From an uncultured Nitrososphaeraceae archaeon (lineage in GTDB: Archaea > Thermoproteota > Nitrososphaeria > Nitrososphaerales > Nitrososphaeraceae), in NCBI GenBank assembly GCA_963729045.1, contig CAVSMN010000012.1:256001-320000 (forward strand): a DNA stretch of 64,000 bases. Direction: 5' to 3'. The position numbers and the translations under genes were made by a program. This document shows, piece by piece, positions 1-10,121 of the stretch (position 1 is its first letter; each line of letters starts with the position of its first letter). Below the pieces are notes generated by a model. The model made no database searches and was not told the DNA's origin. It worked only from the letters and a program-made list of their open reading frames with translations.

Positions 1-1
1 A

Positions 2-325
2 ACAGCAATTCAGATCGGAAAGCCTGCTAACATAGTTAAAGCATTGAGAACAATCGAGTTTACGAATGGCATTGTAGAACAGGTTCAGGATATAGATATG
101 ATGGATGGAATGACAATAGTGGGGTTGAATGGATTTGATTGTGAAATGGCATCAGGATCTGTGCCTGCAGGAATAATGAAGTTACGCGAAAAAGAATTTA
201 TAAAAAAAGATGAGATTGTTGTAGGGGTATTAACAGGCAGGCAAAAGGATCCATCAATTGCAATTCAATATCATTTGCTCAAATCTAATACATATGCCAG
301 ACCACCTCGCGAATTGATTAATTGA
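2..325 (+). CDS. thrC: Threonine synthase, C-terminal part (truncated by window edge)
   Basis: The frame is open from base 2 and reads TAIQIGKPANIVKAL...G.DCEMASGSVPAG...VVGVLTGRQKDP. This matches the TAI.IG.P, E.ASA and LTG..LKDP motifs of the fold-type II PLP threonine synthase C-terminus. Confidence 0.8.
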   Translation, partial: TAIQIGKPANIVKALRTIEFTNGIVEQVQDIDMMDGMTIVGLNGFDCEMASGSVPAGIMKLREKEFIKKDEIVVGVLTGRQKDPSIAIQYHLLKSNTYARPPRELIN

Positions 326-1727
326 GATCTTGGTATCGATTTTTTTCAAACGCCTTTAATGCTGAGAGGATAGCATGGGATTTATCTTCAGTTTCTTGAT
401 ATTCTTTATCAGGTACCGAATCTATTACAATTCCCGCACCAGACTGCGTAAATGCGTTCTTTTTATTAAAAAAGATCGACCTTATGGTTATGGCAAAATC
501 GCATGATTGATTGAAGGAAAAATAGCCAACAGCTCCAGCATATGGTCCTCTACTTTCTGGTTCAAGATCATTTATGATTTCCATTGCTCTAATTTTGGGA
601 GCTCCTGATATTGTACCCGCTGGAAATACAGCTCTAAATGCATCAAATGAATCATATTTTTTATGTAGGATACCCTCTACATGAGATACAATGTGTTGGA
701 TGTGACTAAATTTTTTTACTTTCATTAATTCTGAGGTAATAACCGATCCAAATTGACAAACTTTTCCCAGATCATTTCTCGCTAAATCCACCAACATAGT
801 GTGTTCGGCAATTTCTTTCTGATCTTTTAACAATTCTCTTCGAAGGAGTTCTGTAACTTCTTTATCTAAAAATACCGGTCTTGAGCCAGCAATGGGGTAA
901 GTTTCAACCAGGTCCCCCGTTATCCGTAGCAACATTTCAGGGCTGGATCCAAGTAAAATCCTAGGACCGGTTTTATAATAAAACATATAAGGAGAAGGAT
1001 TGATCTTCCTGAGCTCCTCATACATTTGTAGATGGTTTCCAGTAAAATTGAATTTTATTTTCTTTGACAATACTGTTTGAAAAATATCCCCAGCAGATAG
1101 GTGATCCTTGATCTGATTCACTTTGTTTTCAAATGCCTTCTTTTTCATACTTCTCTTTGGCAGTGAAAATGTTGAGTTATATTTTCTTGATATTTTAGTT
1201 TTGCTTTTCATAATCTTTTTAATAGTATCAATTCTTGATTTATCATAAAAAAAATATTCAAGTCTCTTTTTCATATGATGGTACACTAAACCATCTTCAA
1301 AAAACCCAAATTCAAGAAGAGGGAATGATGTCTTACTTTTGACATTGATTTTCTCCCAATATTTTATTGCCTCATAGCAAAAATAACCCACCAGCCCTCC
1401 AACATATCTATAATCTTTATTGTTGATTATAGGAAAACAATTTTTTAGTGTTTCGAGAGGATCTGTGATCGAAATTTTCCTTAGAATCCTATCATTTTTA
1501 TATACCCATAACGTATTATTGTCGCATTTAATTTTATATTTAGGACCAAAACCCATAATCGAAGATTCTACCAATTCCTGAGGTCCTTCTAATGATTCAA
1601 AAATAAAAATGTCAGTGAACTCATCACTTATTCTCTTGAATATGTCAAATGGATGCATATTTGTTTCCAAATTAACAAAAGTTGGTTCAATATCAATCTT
1701 GAAGAGTCTGTCTAAATCATTTGACAC
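318..1727 (-). CDS. trpE: Anthranilate synthase component I (chorismate-binding, TrpE/PabB family)
   Basis: Motifs FESLEG, NPSPYMF, SSPEML, PIAGSR, AEHTMLVDLARNDL, FPAGTISGAPKIRAM, RGPYAGAVGY and QSGAGIV. Confidence 0.9.
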   Translation of the reverse strand: MSNDLDRLFKIDIEPTFVNLETNMHPFDIFKRISDEFTDIFIFESLEGPQELVESSIMGFGPKYKIKCDNNTLWVYKNDRILRKISITDPLETLKNCFPIINNKDYRYVGGLVGYFCYEAIKYWEKINVKSKTSFPLLEFGFFEDGLVYHHMKKRLEYFFYDKSRIDTIKKIMKSKTKISRKYNSTFSLPKRSMKKKAFENKVNQIKDHLSAGDIFQTVLSKKIKFNFTGNHLQMYEELRKINPSPYMFYYKTGPRILLGSSPEMLLRITGDLVETYPIAGSRPVFLDKEVTELLRRELLKDQKEIAEHTMLVDLARNDLGKVCQFGSVITSELMKVKKFSHIQHIVSHVEGILHKKYDSFDAFRAVFPAGTISGAPKIRAMEIINDLEPESRGPYAGAVGYFSFNQSCDFAITIRSIFFNKKNAFTQSGAGIVIDSVPDKEYQETEDKSHAILSALKAFEKNRYQDLN

Positions 1728-1740
1728 AAAAAATCCCTAT

Positions 1741-2163
1741 CTAACGTAAGTCTGCTAAATCGTCATTATTAAAAGTGCCCTTAATTGAAAGTGGTTTTCT
1801 ACCCATAAATCCTTCATTTTTACCATGCCAAAATTTAATTTTATCCTCACCTATCTTCCAGCATAACCATACCTCCTCGTTAAAACGTTTTGAAGGGAAA
1901 TCTAAAAGGCCTTCATCAAAACTCTTAATCAAAATACCCAATCCTTCGAGGTCCTCGATATCTCTATACATTTCAGTTATTGCCCTATTAACTTGACTTT
2001 TCTTTATGAAAAATGACTCGTGTGACAATTCTTGATTTACCACTGAATTTAGTTCAGCCTGAAGATCCATTATGCTATTTCTCTGCATCAAAATATTAGC
2101 AAACTTAACCTTTACTTCTGGTAATATCCTGTTAGCTTTGACCGGAGTGAAGAAATTAAACAT
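1741..2163 (-). CDS. DUF2203-family protein
   Basis: FTPxxANxxLP at the N-terminus and GLLDFPS...VWLCWKxGE..IxFWH..EGF.GRKP at the C-terminus. Start re-assigned to the ATG at 2163 (MFNFF). Confidence 0.8.
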   Translation of the reverse strand: MFNFFTPVKANRILPEVKVKFANILMQRNSIMDLQAELNSVVNQELSHESFFIKKSQVNRAITEMYRDIEDLEGLGILIKSFDEGLLDFPSKRFNEEVWLCWKIGEDKIKFWHGKNEGFMGRKPLSIKGTFNNDDLADLR

Positions 2164-2273
2164 GAAGATGAGTAAAGTCAATAAATATTTATTTTTATTT
2201 ATTAATCTAGTATTGATCACTTCGATACAGGAACAATTATGAATTAATATTACAATTACTCAACTGAATTGAA

Positions 2274-3677
2274 ATGAGTATAATTAAAAACAAAAATACC
2301 ATTGTTAGATATCATAATTGTAAATCATTAAGTGATTCCTTAAGTGCTTTGGATTATGCTTTCAAAAATTCTGATCCTGAAAGGCTCGTTAGTGAATCTA
2401 TTCACGTAGGTTCAAATATGCAAATTACGGATATAAATAATAAAATACACAAATTTGACCTCCCTGATACAGCATCGACTTTGGTTGTTAGTGTAGGCAA
2501 AGCGTCTGAAAAAATGCTTGTTGGATTCTTTGATAAAATGAGAGATAGAATTAAGAAAACTATATTGATTATCCCTGTCGGATATGTACTTGAAAAAAAT
2601 AATTTTGAATTATTGAATAGTGCAACAGTAATTCAATCATCTCACCCAATTCCAAATGTCCAAAGCACCTTGGCTGCTAGAAAAGTAGTTGAGGAATTAC
2701 AAAATAGAAAAGGTATACAATTAATAGTCTTTTTAATATCTGGAGGTTCATCTTCTCTAATGGTATCCCCTATTGAGGGGATTAACCTTATGGACAAGAA
2801 AATTATTAATAAATTGCTGATAACCTCGGGTGCTAATATAAGAGAGATAAATATAGTTAGAAAGCATCTTTCAAGAATCAAGGGTGGTAAAATATTACTA
2901 CGAATTGATCCTAGCACTCCTGTCATCAGTTTGATTCTCTCTGACGTAGTAGGTGATCATCTCGATACCATAGGGTCAGGATTAACATCATCAGATAGAA
3001 CTACATTTAAAGAGGCGCTTTCTATTTTGAATAACTATTTCATCTTAGATCGCAAATCCGAATCTATTAGAAAGATAAAAGTCGTGCTAGAATCAGGGAT
3101 TAGGTCTGAAATACCCGAAACCTTGAAACCAAAAGAGTTTCGTTCAAGGAACGTAACTAACATCATTATCGGAAACAATTCAAATTTTTGTCGACTAATT
3201 CAGGAATGTTTTAAAAATCAAGGTTATTCCACAAATTATATGGGATCAAATTATGGAATTCCTATGAATGATTTCATTAAGATTGCATCCAAGATAATTA
3301 ATACTAAATACGAGCCGAAAACATGTATCATTTTGGGTGGAGAAGTCACCAATACGCTATCAGGCCGTAAGATTGGAATAGGGGGTAGAAATCAAGAAGC
3401 AATTTGTCATATGCTGCAAGTAATTAGGAAATGCGACCTTCTTGATTTTTCCTTTATTTGCATAGGCACTGATGGTATTGATGGAAACTCTTCTTCAGCA
3501 GGCGGCTTCATCACACCAAAGACTATCGAACTGTTGAAAGGTAAAAAATTAGATGTTAATTACTATCTTAGAACAAGCAACTCTAATGTATTACTCACAA
3601 AATTACGTTCAAATATAGACACTGGCTATACGGGTGCAAATTTCAATGACGTTTATCTATTCGTCCGAAATAATTAA
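2274..3677 (+). CDS. Glycerate 2-kinase (DUF4147/MOFRL family)
   Basis: Motifs GKAS, HPIP, LISGGSSSL, GANIREINIVRKHLSRIKGG, SDVVGD, GGRNQE, GTDGIDG and TGYTGANFND. Confidence 0.9.
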   Translation: MSIIKNKNTIVRYHNCKSLSDSLSALDYAFKNSDPERLVSESIHVGSNMQITDINNKIHKFDLPDTASTLVVSVGKASEKMLVGFFDKMRDRIKKTILIIPVGYVLEKNNFELLNSATVIQSSHPIPNVQSTLAARKVVEELQNRKGIQLIVFLISGGSSSLMVSPIEGINLMDKKIINKLLITSGANIREINIVRKHLSRIKGGKILLRIDPSTPVISLILSDVVGDHLDTIGSGLTSSDRTTFKEALSILNNYFILDRKSESIRKIKVVLESGIRSEIPETLKPKEFRSRNVTNIIIGNNSNFCRLIQECFKNQGYSTNYMGSNYGIPMNDFIKIASKIINTKYEPKTCIILGGEVTNTLSGRKIGIGGRNQEAICHMLQVIRKCDLLDFSFICIGTDGIDGNSSSAGGFITPKTIELLKGKKLDVNYYLRTSNSNVLLTKLRSNIDTGYTGANFNDVYLFVRNN

Positions 3678-3700
3678 TTATAGGTTTCTATTATCCTTGC

Positions 3701-4153
3701 CTAAATGGTCCATTCTATGGGAATATCTTGATATATTCCATTTGGAAGTATTCTCCTTATAGAAATTGGCAAAGTTTTCTTTTCCAGTTCGTATTTAGCT
3801 ATCAGGATAGTATCTGTAAATTCTGGTGGTATCTTTGTTAGAATGGGTGCCCCCAATGACAATTGCAATGAACGGGCACCTGTAATCCTAGCTTTTTCAA
3901 ATCTAGTTAACCGAACAGGGCCAATTAGGATTTCATTATTCTTAGATGGAATCTCCTTGAGCCTAAATTCTACATCAGCGTCATAAGTTTTGTATACTAT
4001 AACCACGCTTGGCTCTTTTTCCCCCACTTCACTTCGTTTATTATCTGAATCTTCTAATTGCAAATTATCTTTTCCACCGTCATCAATTTTATCCATATCC
4101 AAATCATCATCCTTCACCGTACTTGACTTCTTTTTTGCTCGCTTGACAGCCAC
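3701..4153 (-). CDS. rpoK: DNA-directed RNA polymerase subunit K (Rpo6)
   Basis: LTRFEKARITGARSLQLSLGAP...ELEKKTLPISIRR.LP, preceded by an acidic N-terminal extension. Confidence 0.95.
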   Translation of the reverse strand: MAVKRAKKKSSTVKDDDLDMDKIDDGGKDNLQLEDSDNKRSEVGEKEPSVVIVYKTYDADVEFRLKEIPSKNNEILIGPVRLTRFEKARITGARSLQLSLGAPILTKIPPEFTDTILIAKYELEKKTLPISIRRILPNGIYQDIPIEWTI

Positions 4154-4219
4154 TACTAAAAAAAAAGATCAATATATATAATTAAATGTTGCTGAAAGTT
4201 CATATTTATAAATCTTTTA

Positions 4220-4623
4220 TTGATATTTGTGTCATCAGAGTTTCAAAGTGTTTCAACAATACCAATAATAATAGAGTTAAATCAGGCATTTAAATTAAAA
4301 GGTGAATTCAAAAGACATCTTTCACCCTTAACTATAAAGAAACTACTTAGTGCATTCCCCATATCTGGTCGAATTAATAGCTATGATGGTAAATTTGTTT
4401 ATATACAGGTGGGTCTCCAGCTAGGATCTGAAAAACCCATCAACATTTTCAAAAAAGGTGATTTGGCATTTTCTCCATTAGGAAATTTCCTTTGTATTTT
4501 ATTAGATGATGCTATATTAAATCAAAAACTGAATTTATTGGGGAGGGTTACCTCAGATAATGTCGATATATTAAATCTTTTAAAGTGGGAGATTATCTGA
4601 GCCTTAAAAAGTCCATGAATTAA
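4220..4623 (+). CDS. Cyclophilin-like fold protein (DUF369/UPF0288-like); probable indel near the 3' end
   Basis: SPLTIKKLL..FP...GSEKP...FKKGDLAFSP.GN.LCI pattern. One extra A at ~4575 converts the ending to LKSFKVGDYLSLKKSMN* (stop ends at 4623). Confidence 0.65.
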
Positions 4624-4630
4624 AAATTGA

Positions 4631-4948
4631 CTACTTTGACTTTTGATATATCCTATGTCCGCTGTAGCCCCCTATTGATTTTATGATGCTCTTGCCCTCT
4701 AAATTTTTCAAGAAATTATTAGCAACCGAAATTTTCACACCTAATGCCCTTGCGAACGAATGAGCTGTGATAGCTTTCATCGAGTCTAGTGTCTTTAATC
4801 CCTGAGATTCTTCAATCAATACCGAGAGTTTTTGTTTCTGCTGAGTTTTAGAAGCTGGCGTCTTTTTTACCTCCTCTTTTTTACCTCCTTTATTCTCTTG
4901 AGATTTGGAAGCATTCGACTGACTTGGCTTTTTCTTATTTCCGCCCAT
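4631..4948 (-). CDS. rps25e: 30S ribosomal protein S25e
   Basis: Lys-rich MGGxKKK N-terminus and the wHTH core KAIT..SFARALGVKISVA..FLK.LE..G.I.....IY. Confidence 0.85.
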   Translation of the reverse strand: MGGNKKKPSQSNASKSQENKGGKKEEVKKTPASKTQQKQKLSVLIEESQGLKTLDSMKAITAHSFARALGVKISVANNFLKNLEGKSIIKSIGGYSGHRIYQKSK

Positions 4949-4980
4949 TGTTAAACAAAATTTCTATATTCGCAGATTAT

Positions 4981-6042
4981 TTATATCTTTAAGATTGGCT
5001 TTACTTTGAGTGTTATTCTGAAACATGTGAGAATATCCTTGCATCTATTACGTATAGTTACTTCTGTTACTCCAGCTAATCGAGAGATATCCATCTGTAA
5101 TATATTAATTCCAAGAAGGACCGATGCGAGATATAGATATGCTGCTGCAATACCGTTTGGAGATTTGCCATCTGAAAGAAGATGATTTTCCGTTTTTTTC
5201 GCTATCTCAATGGCCAGACGCTCAATTTTAACATCAAATTTTGCTGTGTTAGCTAATTTAGAAATGTACTGATTTATGTTGATTGATTGCATGTTTAATA
5301 TCGTAAAACTCTGCTTGTTTTTATTTCCGGTCCTTGGATCTTGCTGCATAAAATCAGTAATTTTGTTTTGGGCTTGAATTGTCCAATCGGTATCATCGTT
5401 TTCGCAAATCAATACCATCGAACGATAGTATTTCGAAGCCAATTTCAGATTTTCGTTTGCGTCTTCGGTGTTACCATTATGTTGTACTATTTCGTTAAGA
5501 GATCTAAGGACTTTGCAAATTTTGCATGCATAATATATAGCAGCTGCAGCCATGGATGCTGAAGATTTTCCCTTGGTATCGTTTCTATTCTCATAATTTC
5601 TGTAAATTAATGCTGCCGTTTCACATACAACTTTAGGAAACGACATGAGCGAACAAGTCTCATTAATCTTTGATAACACATTTGAAAGTCTCCTGTCTTT
5701 GGAATTTGAGATCCTTATTATATTGTTCCATTTCCTAAGATTGACAACTGACTTTCTGATATCATCATTGAAATGTCGACCAGAATAGTCTTTGCATTGG
5801 TTATCAATCTCAGTATGAAGACCATAATCATGGTACGCAATACTGTTTACACCACTAGCTCTCAAATTATTCGATTTATGTCCGGGGTCGCTAATATAAG
5901 CATCTGGACCTTGATATTCTAAATTTTCTTCAACCACATAGCCACATATACTGCATACAAATTCACCTTTTACTGTATCTTGCACCAGGTTTGCATGACA
6001 TTCAGGGCATTCATTCAAGAGATCTACATCATTCGAAACCAT
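4981..6042 (-). CDS. tfb: Transcription initiation factor IIB (TFB)
   Basis: N-terminal Zn ribbon CPEC...GEFVCSICG, HDYGL B-reader, and two cyclin repeats ending GKSPNGIAAA...AGVTEVTIRNR. Confidence 0.95.
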   Translation of the reverse strand: MVSNDVDLLNECPECHANLVQDTVKGEFVCSICGYVVEENLEYQGPDAYISDPGHKSNNLRASGVNSIAYHDYGLHTEIDNQCKDYSGRHFNDDIRKSVVNLRKWNNIIRISNSKDRRLSNVLSKINETCSLMSFPKVVCETAALIYRNYENRNDTKGKSSASMAAAAIYYACKICKVLRSLNEIVQHNGNTEDANENLKLASKYYRSMVLICENDDTDWTIQAQNKITDFMQQDPRTGNKNKQSFTILNMQSININQYISKLANTAKFDVKIERLAIEIAKKTENHLLSDGKSPNGIAAAYLYLASVLLGINILQMDISRLAGVTEVTIRNRCKDILTCFRITLKVKPILKI

Positions 6043-6051
6043 TTATGTCAC

Positions 6052-6393
6052 CTATTTCTTATTGTTCTTAATTTTCTTCTTATTTTTAGATTTGAAATAA
6101 AAATCTTTTTTTCCTGTAATGGGAAAATACACTTTCAAACCTGCCATCTTACTCTTGGCTTGAACAAAGGGAATTATCGAGGCATAGGGGGAGTTCACTG
6201 ACCCAATTAATTCAGCAATCTTGCCTACCCTCTTATCTTTATTATCTAATACTATCAACCCAGATTTCACATGTGAACCATTATTCTCTACTCTTACTAT
6301 CAAGCGACCGCTCTTAGAAAAATGAAGTATTTCTCCCAGCAATTCCATAGTCAAAATTCGATAATCATTATTACTTACATATTCTTCTGTCAA
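6052..6393 (-). CDS. gar1: H/ACA RNP protein Gar1/Naf1
   Basis: LGEILH..KSGRLIV...VLD.K.KRVGKI.ELIG.V.SPYASI. The true start is probably the internal MELLG. Confidence 0.85.
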   Translation of the reverse strand: MTEEYVSNNDYRILTMELLGEILHFSKSGRLIVRVENNGSHVKSGLIVLDNKDKRVGKIAELIGSVNSPYASIIPFVQAKSKMAGLKVYFPITGKKDFYFKSKNKKKIKNNKK

Positions 6394-6439
6394 TTAAAGC
6401 TATCAAATCTATCAATTATTATTATTTAGTCATGCATAT

Positions 6440-6513
6440 AGGTCATGACGGGATTTGAACCCGCGACCTAAGGTTTACAAAACCTTCGCTCTGCCAGGCT
6501 GAGCTACATGACC
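6440..6513 (-). tRNA. tRNA-Thr (anticodon TGT), no intron, CCA not encoded
   Basis: The reverse complement folds as GGTCATG-TA-GCTC(AGCCTGGCA)GAGC-G-AAGGT(TTTGTAA)ACCTT-AGGTC-GCGGG(TTCAAAT)CCCGT-CATGACC-T. Confidence 0.93.
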
Positions 6514-6590
6514 ATGATTTTATTATCAATTAAATTCTGTAATTAAAAGCTTTTGTATATATAGTGACCTCTTTTTTTAAAGATATGTAT

Positions 6591-6878
6591 ATGACTGAAG
6601 TCAATAAGAAGAAAATATTTACCGTTAACGTGAGCATCGAAAACAAACCATTTCTCAATGATCCTGAAGGGGAAACAGTGCTCAACGATCTTATTCTCAA
6701 AGAGAACTATTCCGATATAGTTTCAGTCAGATCAGCTAAATCCCTGCGTATCAAAATCTTATCCGAGACTGAGACCGAAGCATTATTCAAAGTAAAGAAA
6801 ATGTGTGATGATTTGCGAATTTACAATCCCATTGTAAGTAATTGCGAACTTTCGATTAAGGAAATCCAAAATAAATAA
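6591..6878 (+). CDS. purS: Phosphoribosylformylglycinamidine synthase subunit PurS
   Basis: V.V.IENKP.LNDPEGET...VRSAK...MCD.LRIYNPIV. Confidence 0.9.
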   Translation: MTEVNKKKIFTVNVSIENKPFLNDPEGETVLNDLILKENYSDIVSVRSAKSLRIKILSETETEALFKVKKMCDDLRIYNPIVSNCELSIKEIQNK

Positions 6879-6949
6879 TTATTTTTGCATTAATTAATTA
6901 ATATAATAAAACTTAAAGGTTAGAAAGAACTTTTTTTATTGCAAGGCAT

Positions 6950-7261
6950 TTGAAGGATTATGAAAATGTTATCATCTGGGTGGACTATTATAATAAAAAC
7001 TTATCTAGGGGAAAAGGTAGACGGATATCAAAATCGATGGCGGTCTACGATCCGATGATAACGGAGTTGGTTGCCGCCGCAGAATCATTGGGGTATCAAG
7101 TTGAAAAAGATCAGATTAATGATGGTGCAAGGTTTCCTAAAAGACCACACATCAAATCAGGGTATATTATGATATCTAAGAATGAATTACTGAAGAATAA
7201 GATATTAAAGGATATTGCTGAAAAAATAGTTCTAAATAGGACAAAATCAAAAGGCAGGTAG
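6950..7261 (+). CDS. srp19: Signal recognition particle 19 kDa protein
   Basis: IIWVDYYN..LSR.KGRRI.K..AV.DP...EL..AA..LG...A.FPK.P....G. Confidence 0.92.
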   Translation: MKDYENVIIWVDYYNKNLSRGKGRRISKSMAVYDPMITELVAAAESLGYQVEKDQINDGARFPKRPHIKSGYIMISKNELLKNKILKDIAEKIVLNRTKSKGR

Positions 7262-7371
7262 CTTGAAACTATTAGCAAATACATATTAAAAACATAAATA
7301 ATCAATAGTAGATAGAAAATATGTCTGATTTTTTACGACATGTTAAATAAATTAAGGAAATATATAATAAA

Positions 7372-9495
7372 TTGACCCATGAAAAAACTGAAAAATTCAC
7401 TTTACGTGAAAGATCAATAGCCTTGAAAGAACCCAATGCAGTCATAAAAGGCGATAAAAGTAGTTCACCATTATCATCTCCAATAAATTTTGAAGAAAAA
7501 TTGGAATCTCAAGTAATGCAATCTATTCCAAAAGAGGCTCAGATAACAATAGTTAGGTGTGAATCCGCCAATATTGCCCTTTATACTAAGAATCCATCAT
7601 TCGCGTTAACAGAGTTAACTCTTCACCTGTCAGCCCTTTCAAAATCAATGAAGAAAAGATTCATAATTAGAACAGACCCATCTATAAGACTTTCAGAGGA
7701 TGATGCTCGTTATGCCATTAATAAAATATTGCCAAAGGAAATCCTGATAACTGTACTCTTTTGTGATGAAGCTACAGGCGAGGTCATTTTAGAGGTAAAC
7801 AATCCAGAGGGGATAACTTCAGAAATTTTTTTGCAAATTGCGAAGGAAACAGGCTGGATTGCACATACAAGGCGGTCTCCTCATATCCCTTCAAATAGCA
7901 TAAAAAATATACATTCCATACTGAAAAATTCCTCCAAAGAACGCATTACCTTTTATCAAAGTTTAGGGAAAAGAATTTTTAGACCTCCTTTGTTGTCCAA
8001 TTCTTTACTATATAATGGTGATACAAATGATGATATGAGGTTAACCTCTAATAATCACAACTCTAGATATTTATCAAGAAAATCGGTTGATGATGGGGCA
8101 ACATATCAATACAGTAATCTAAAAGAGGTCACAATTTACTGCTTAGGTGGTGTTAAACAAGTAGGACGATCATGTTTTATCGTTGTGACTCCAGAGAGTA
8201 AAATAATGCTTGATTGTGGTATTAATCCGGGAGAAAACATAAACTATAATGCCTATCCTAGACTAGATTGGTTTAATTTCAATTTAGAAGAATTAGATGC
8301 AGTTGTAATTAGTCATGCCCATATAGATCATCAAGGATTCTTACCGGCAATATTCAAGTATGGTTACAAGGGTCCGATTTATTGTACTGAACCCACTTTA
8401 CCTTTGATGACGCTATTGCAAATGGATTCGGTAAAGATTGCACAGAGCAATGGCTCGTATTTGCCTTATGAAATCAGAGACGTCAATGAGGTAATCAAAC
8501 ATTGTATTCCTCTTCCTTATGGAAAACCGACTGATATATCTCCAGATGTTACAATAACTTTAAATAACGCGGGACATATAATGGGTAGCGCTACAGTCCA
8601 TATAAATATTTCAGGGGCTCATAATATCCTATACACGGGTGATTATAAATACGCAAAAACGCAATTACTTGATGGAGCTTTGGCTAATTATCCACGAGTT
8701 GAGACTATTATCACTGAGAGTACCTATGGTGCAAGTTCAGATATAATGCCCGATCAATCTGTTGTTTATAATACATTTACGGACAGTATCAATCATACAT
8801 TAATGAGTGGTGGCAAGGTGCTTATACCTGTCCCTGCTGTAGGTAGGGCCCAGGAAATAATGTTAGTCCTAGATAAAGAGATGCGAGAAGGTCGATTGGT
8901 GGAATCTCCAATATTCATTGAAGGGATGATATCGGAGGCAAGTGCCATCCATATGTCTTACGCCCACTATCTGGGATATGAAGTGAGAAAATCTGTATCC
9001 GAAGGTATTAATCCATTTTTATCTTCTTACTTTACGGTCATAAATGGAATTGGCAAAAGAGAAGAAGTTTTTAACGATGATTCTCCTTCAATTATCATGG
9101 CAACTTCCGGAATGTTAGAAGGAGGACCGTCGGTTGAATATTTTAAGCAAATTTCTCCTAATCCTAAAAACAAAATAATTTTCGTGTCTTACCAAATAAA
9201 CGGCACCCTGGGACGTAGGGTGTTGGACGGTACTATATCTGAAGCTAGCATGATAGATAAGAATGGCAAGGTTAAAGTAATTCCAGTCAGATGCTCCAAA
9301 CAAAAAATTGACGGTTTTAGCGGTCACAGCGATTTTAATCAAATTCTAAACTTTGTTTCAAAAGTGAGACCCAAAAGGGTTTTGGTTAATCATGGGGAAA
9401 AATCTAAATCAGAGAATATTGCAAGTGTAATTTACTCCAGGATGAAAATAAGGTCTAGTGTCCCTGATAATAGGGAAATCATAAAGCTAAGGTAA
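7372..9495 (+). CDS. fttA: Beta-CASP ribonuclease aCPSF1 (FttA): KH domains plus MBL/beta-CASP
   Basis: N-terminal KH region, then LGG..QVGRSC, HAHIDH, AGHIMGS, ESTYG, AVGRAQE, GFSGHSD and NHGE. Confidence 0.93.
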   Translation: MTHEKTEKFTLRERSIALKEPNAVIKGDKSSSPLSSPINFEEKLESQVMQSIPKEAQITIVRCESANIALYTKNPSFALTELTLHLSALSKSMKKRFIIRTDPSIRLSEDDARYAINKILPKEILITVLFCDEATGEVILEVNNPEGITSEIFLQIAKETGWIAHTRRSPHIPSNSIKNIHSILKNSSKERITFYQSLGKRIFRPPLLSNSLLYNGDTNDDMRLTSNNHNSRYLSRKSVDDGATYQYSNLKEVTIYCLGGVKQVGRSCFIVVTPESKIMLDCGINPGENINYNAYPRLDWFNFNLEELDAVVISHAHIDHQGFLPAIFKYGYKGPIYCTEPTLPLMTLLQMDSVKIAQSNGSYLPYEIRDVNEVIKHCIPLPYGKPTDISPDVTITLNNAGHIMGSATVHINISGAHNILYTGDYKYAKTQLLDGALANYPRVETIITESTYGASSDIMPDQSVVYNTFTDSINHTLMSGGKVLIPVPAVGRAQEIMLVLDKEMREGRLVESPIFIEGMISEASAIHMSYAHYLGYEVRKSVSEGINPFLSSYFTVINGIGKREEVFNDDSPSIIMATSGMLEGGPSVEYFKQISPNPKNKIIFVSYQINGTLGRRVLDGTISEASMIDKNGKVKVIPVRCSKQKIDGFSGHSDFNQILNFVSKVRPKRVLVNHGEKSKSENIASVIYSRMKIRSSVPDNREIIKLR

Positions 9496-9544
9496 ATTGC
9501 GATAGGTTTTTTCGTATGTATGATGTTCATAATGTTGAACTGAT

Positions 9545-9682
9545 TTGGCCATAAGATATAGATGTATTAATTGTAATATTGTGTTGAGCGGAGAGGGTGC
9601 CTCGCGACATTATTTAGCAAATCCTAATCATAAATTAGAAAAATTACCACCACCACCTAAACCGGGCAAGCCGACTACTTAA
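9545..9682 (+). CDS. Small C2H2-like zinc-finger protein (45 aa), absent from the ORF track
   Basis: TTG-started ORF MAIRYRCINCNIVLSGEGASRHYLANPNHKLEKLPPPPKPGKPTT*. It has CxxC...H...H, is GC-richer than its flanks and fills the intergenic gap. Confidence 0.65.
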   Translation: MAIRYRCINCNIVLSGEGASRHYLANPNHKLEKLPPPPKPGKPTT

Positions 9683-9698
9683 AAATCTGTAAGAGTAA

Positions 9699-9989
9699 TT
9701 ATTCTCTTATACTTTCTAACGCTGATACAACTTGCCATAGGCTCGTCCTGATATGTGATTGCATTTGAGGATTTTGGGTGACACCGTCTAACATACTAAT
9801 AGCATTAGCAGCTCGCACTGATATACTTCCTCCTTTCTCATCCTTAAGAATGGCCAAGACCTCCCTTATCATATTCCTAATATTTCTTTGAATGTTTACG
9901 TTTTTTATTAGAGAATCTAATGTTGATATCGCATTATTTAGTCTCTCAATATTTTCTTTTTGTTTTAATTCTTTCTTTGTAACTGTCAA
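9699..9989 (-). CDS. UPF0147-family protein
   Basis: RNIR......L.......S.SVRAANAIS.LD..TQ.P.M.SH.RT.LWQ.VS.LE. Confidence 0.88.
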   Translation of the reverse strand: MTVTKKELKQKENIERLNNAISTLDSLIKNVNIQRNIRNMIREVLAILKDEKGGSISVRAANAISMLDGVTQNPQMQSHIRTSLWQVVSALESIRE

Positions 9990-10121
9990 TTTGAATCACA
10001 CAAGTTAAATTTTACCTATTTCATATTAATAGCTTTATTTATATGATCACCTAATATCATGAGGTGAAAAATTTTAATATGAATCTCATCAATAGTCCAT
10101 GTTTGAAAATGGGACTAATCG

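Noticed and set aside
6400..6560. tRNA as an integration site for a mobile element
   Set aside because: I saw no integrase and no duplicated tRNA 3' end in the window, and the flanks are core genes.
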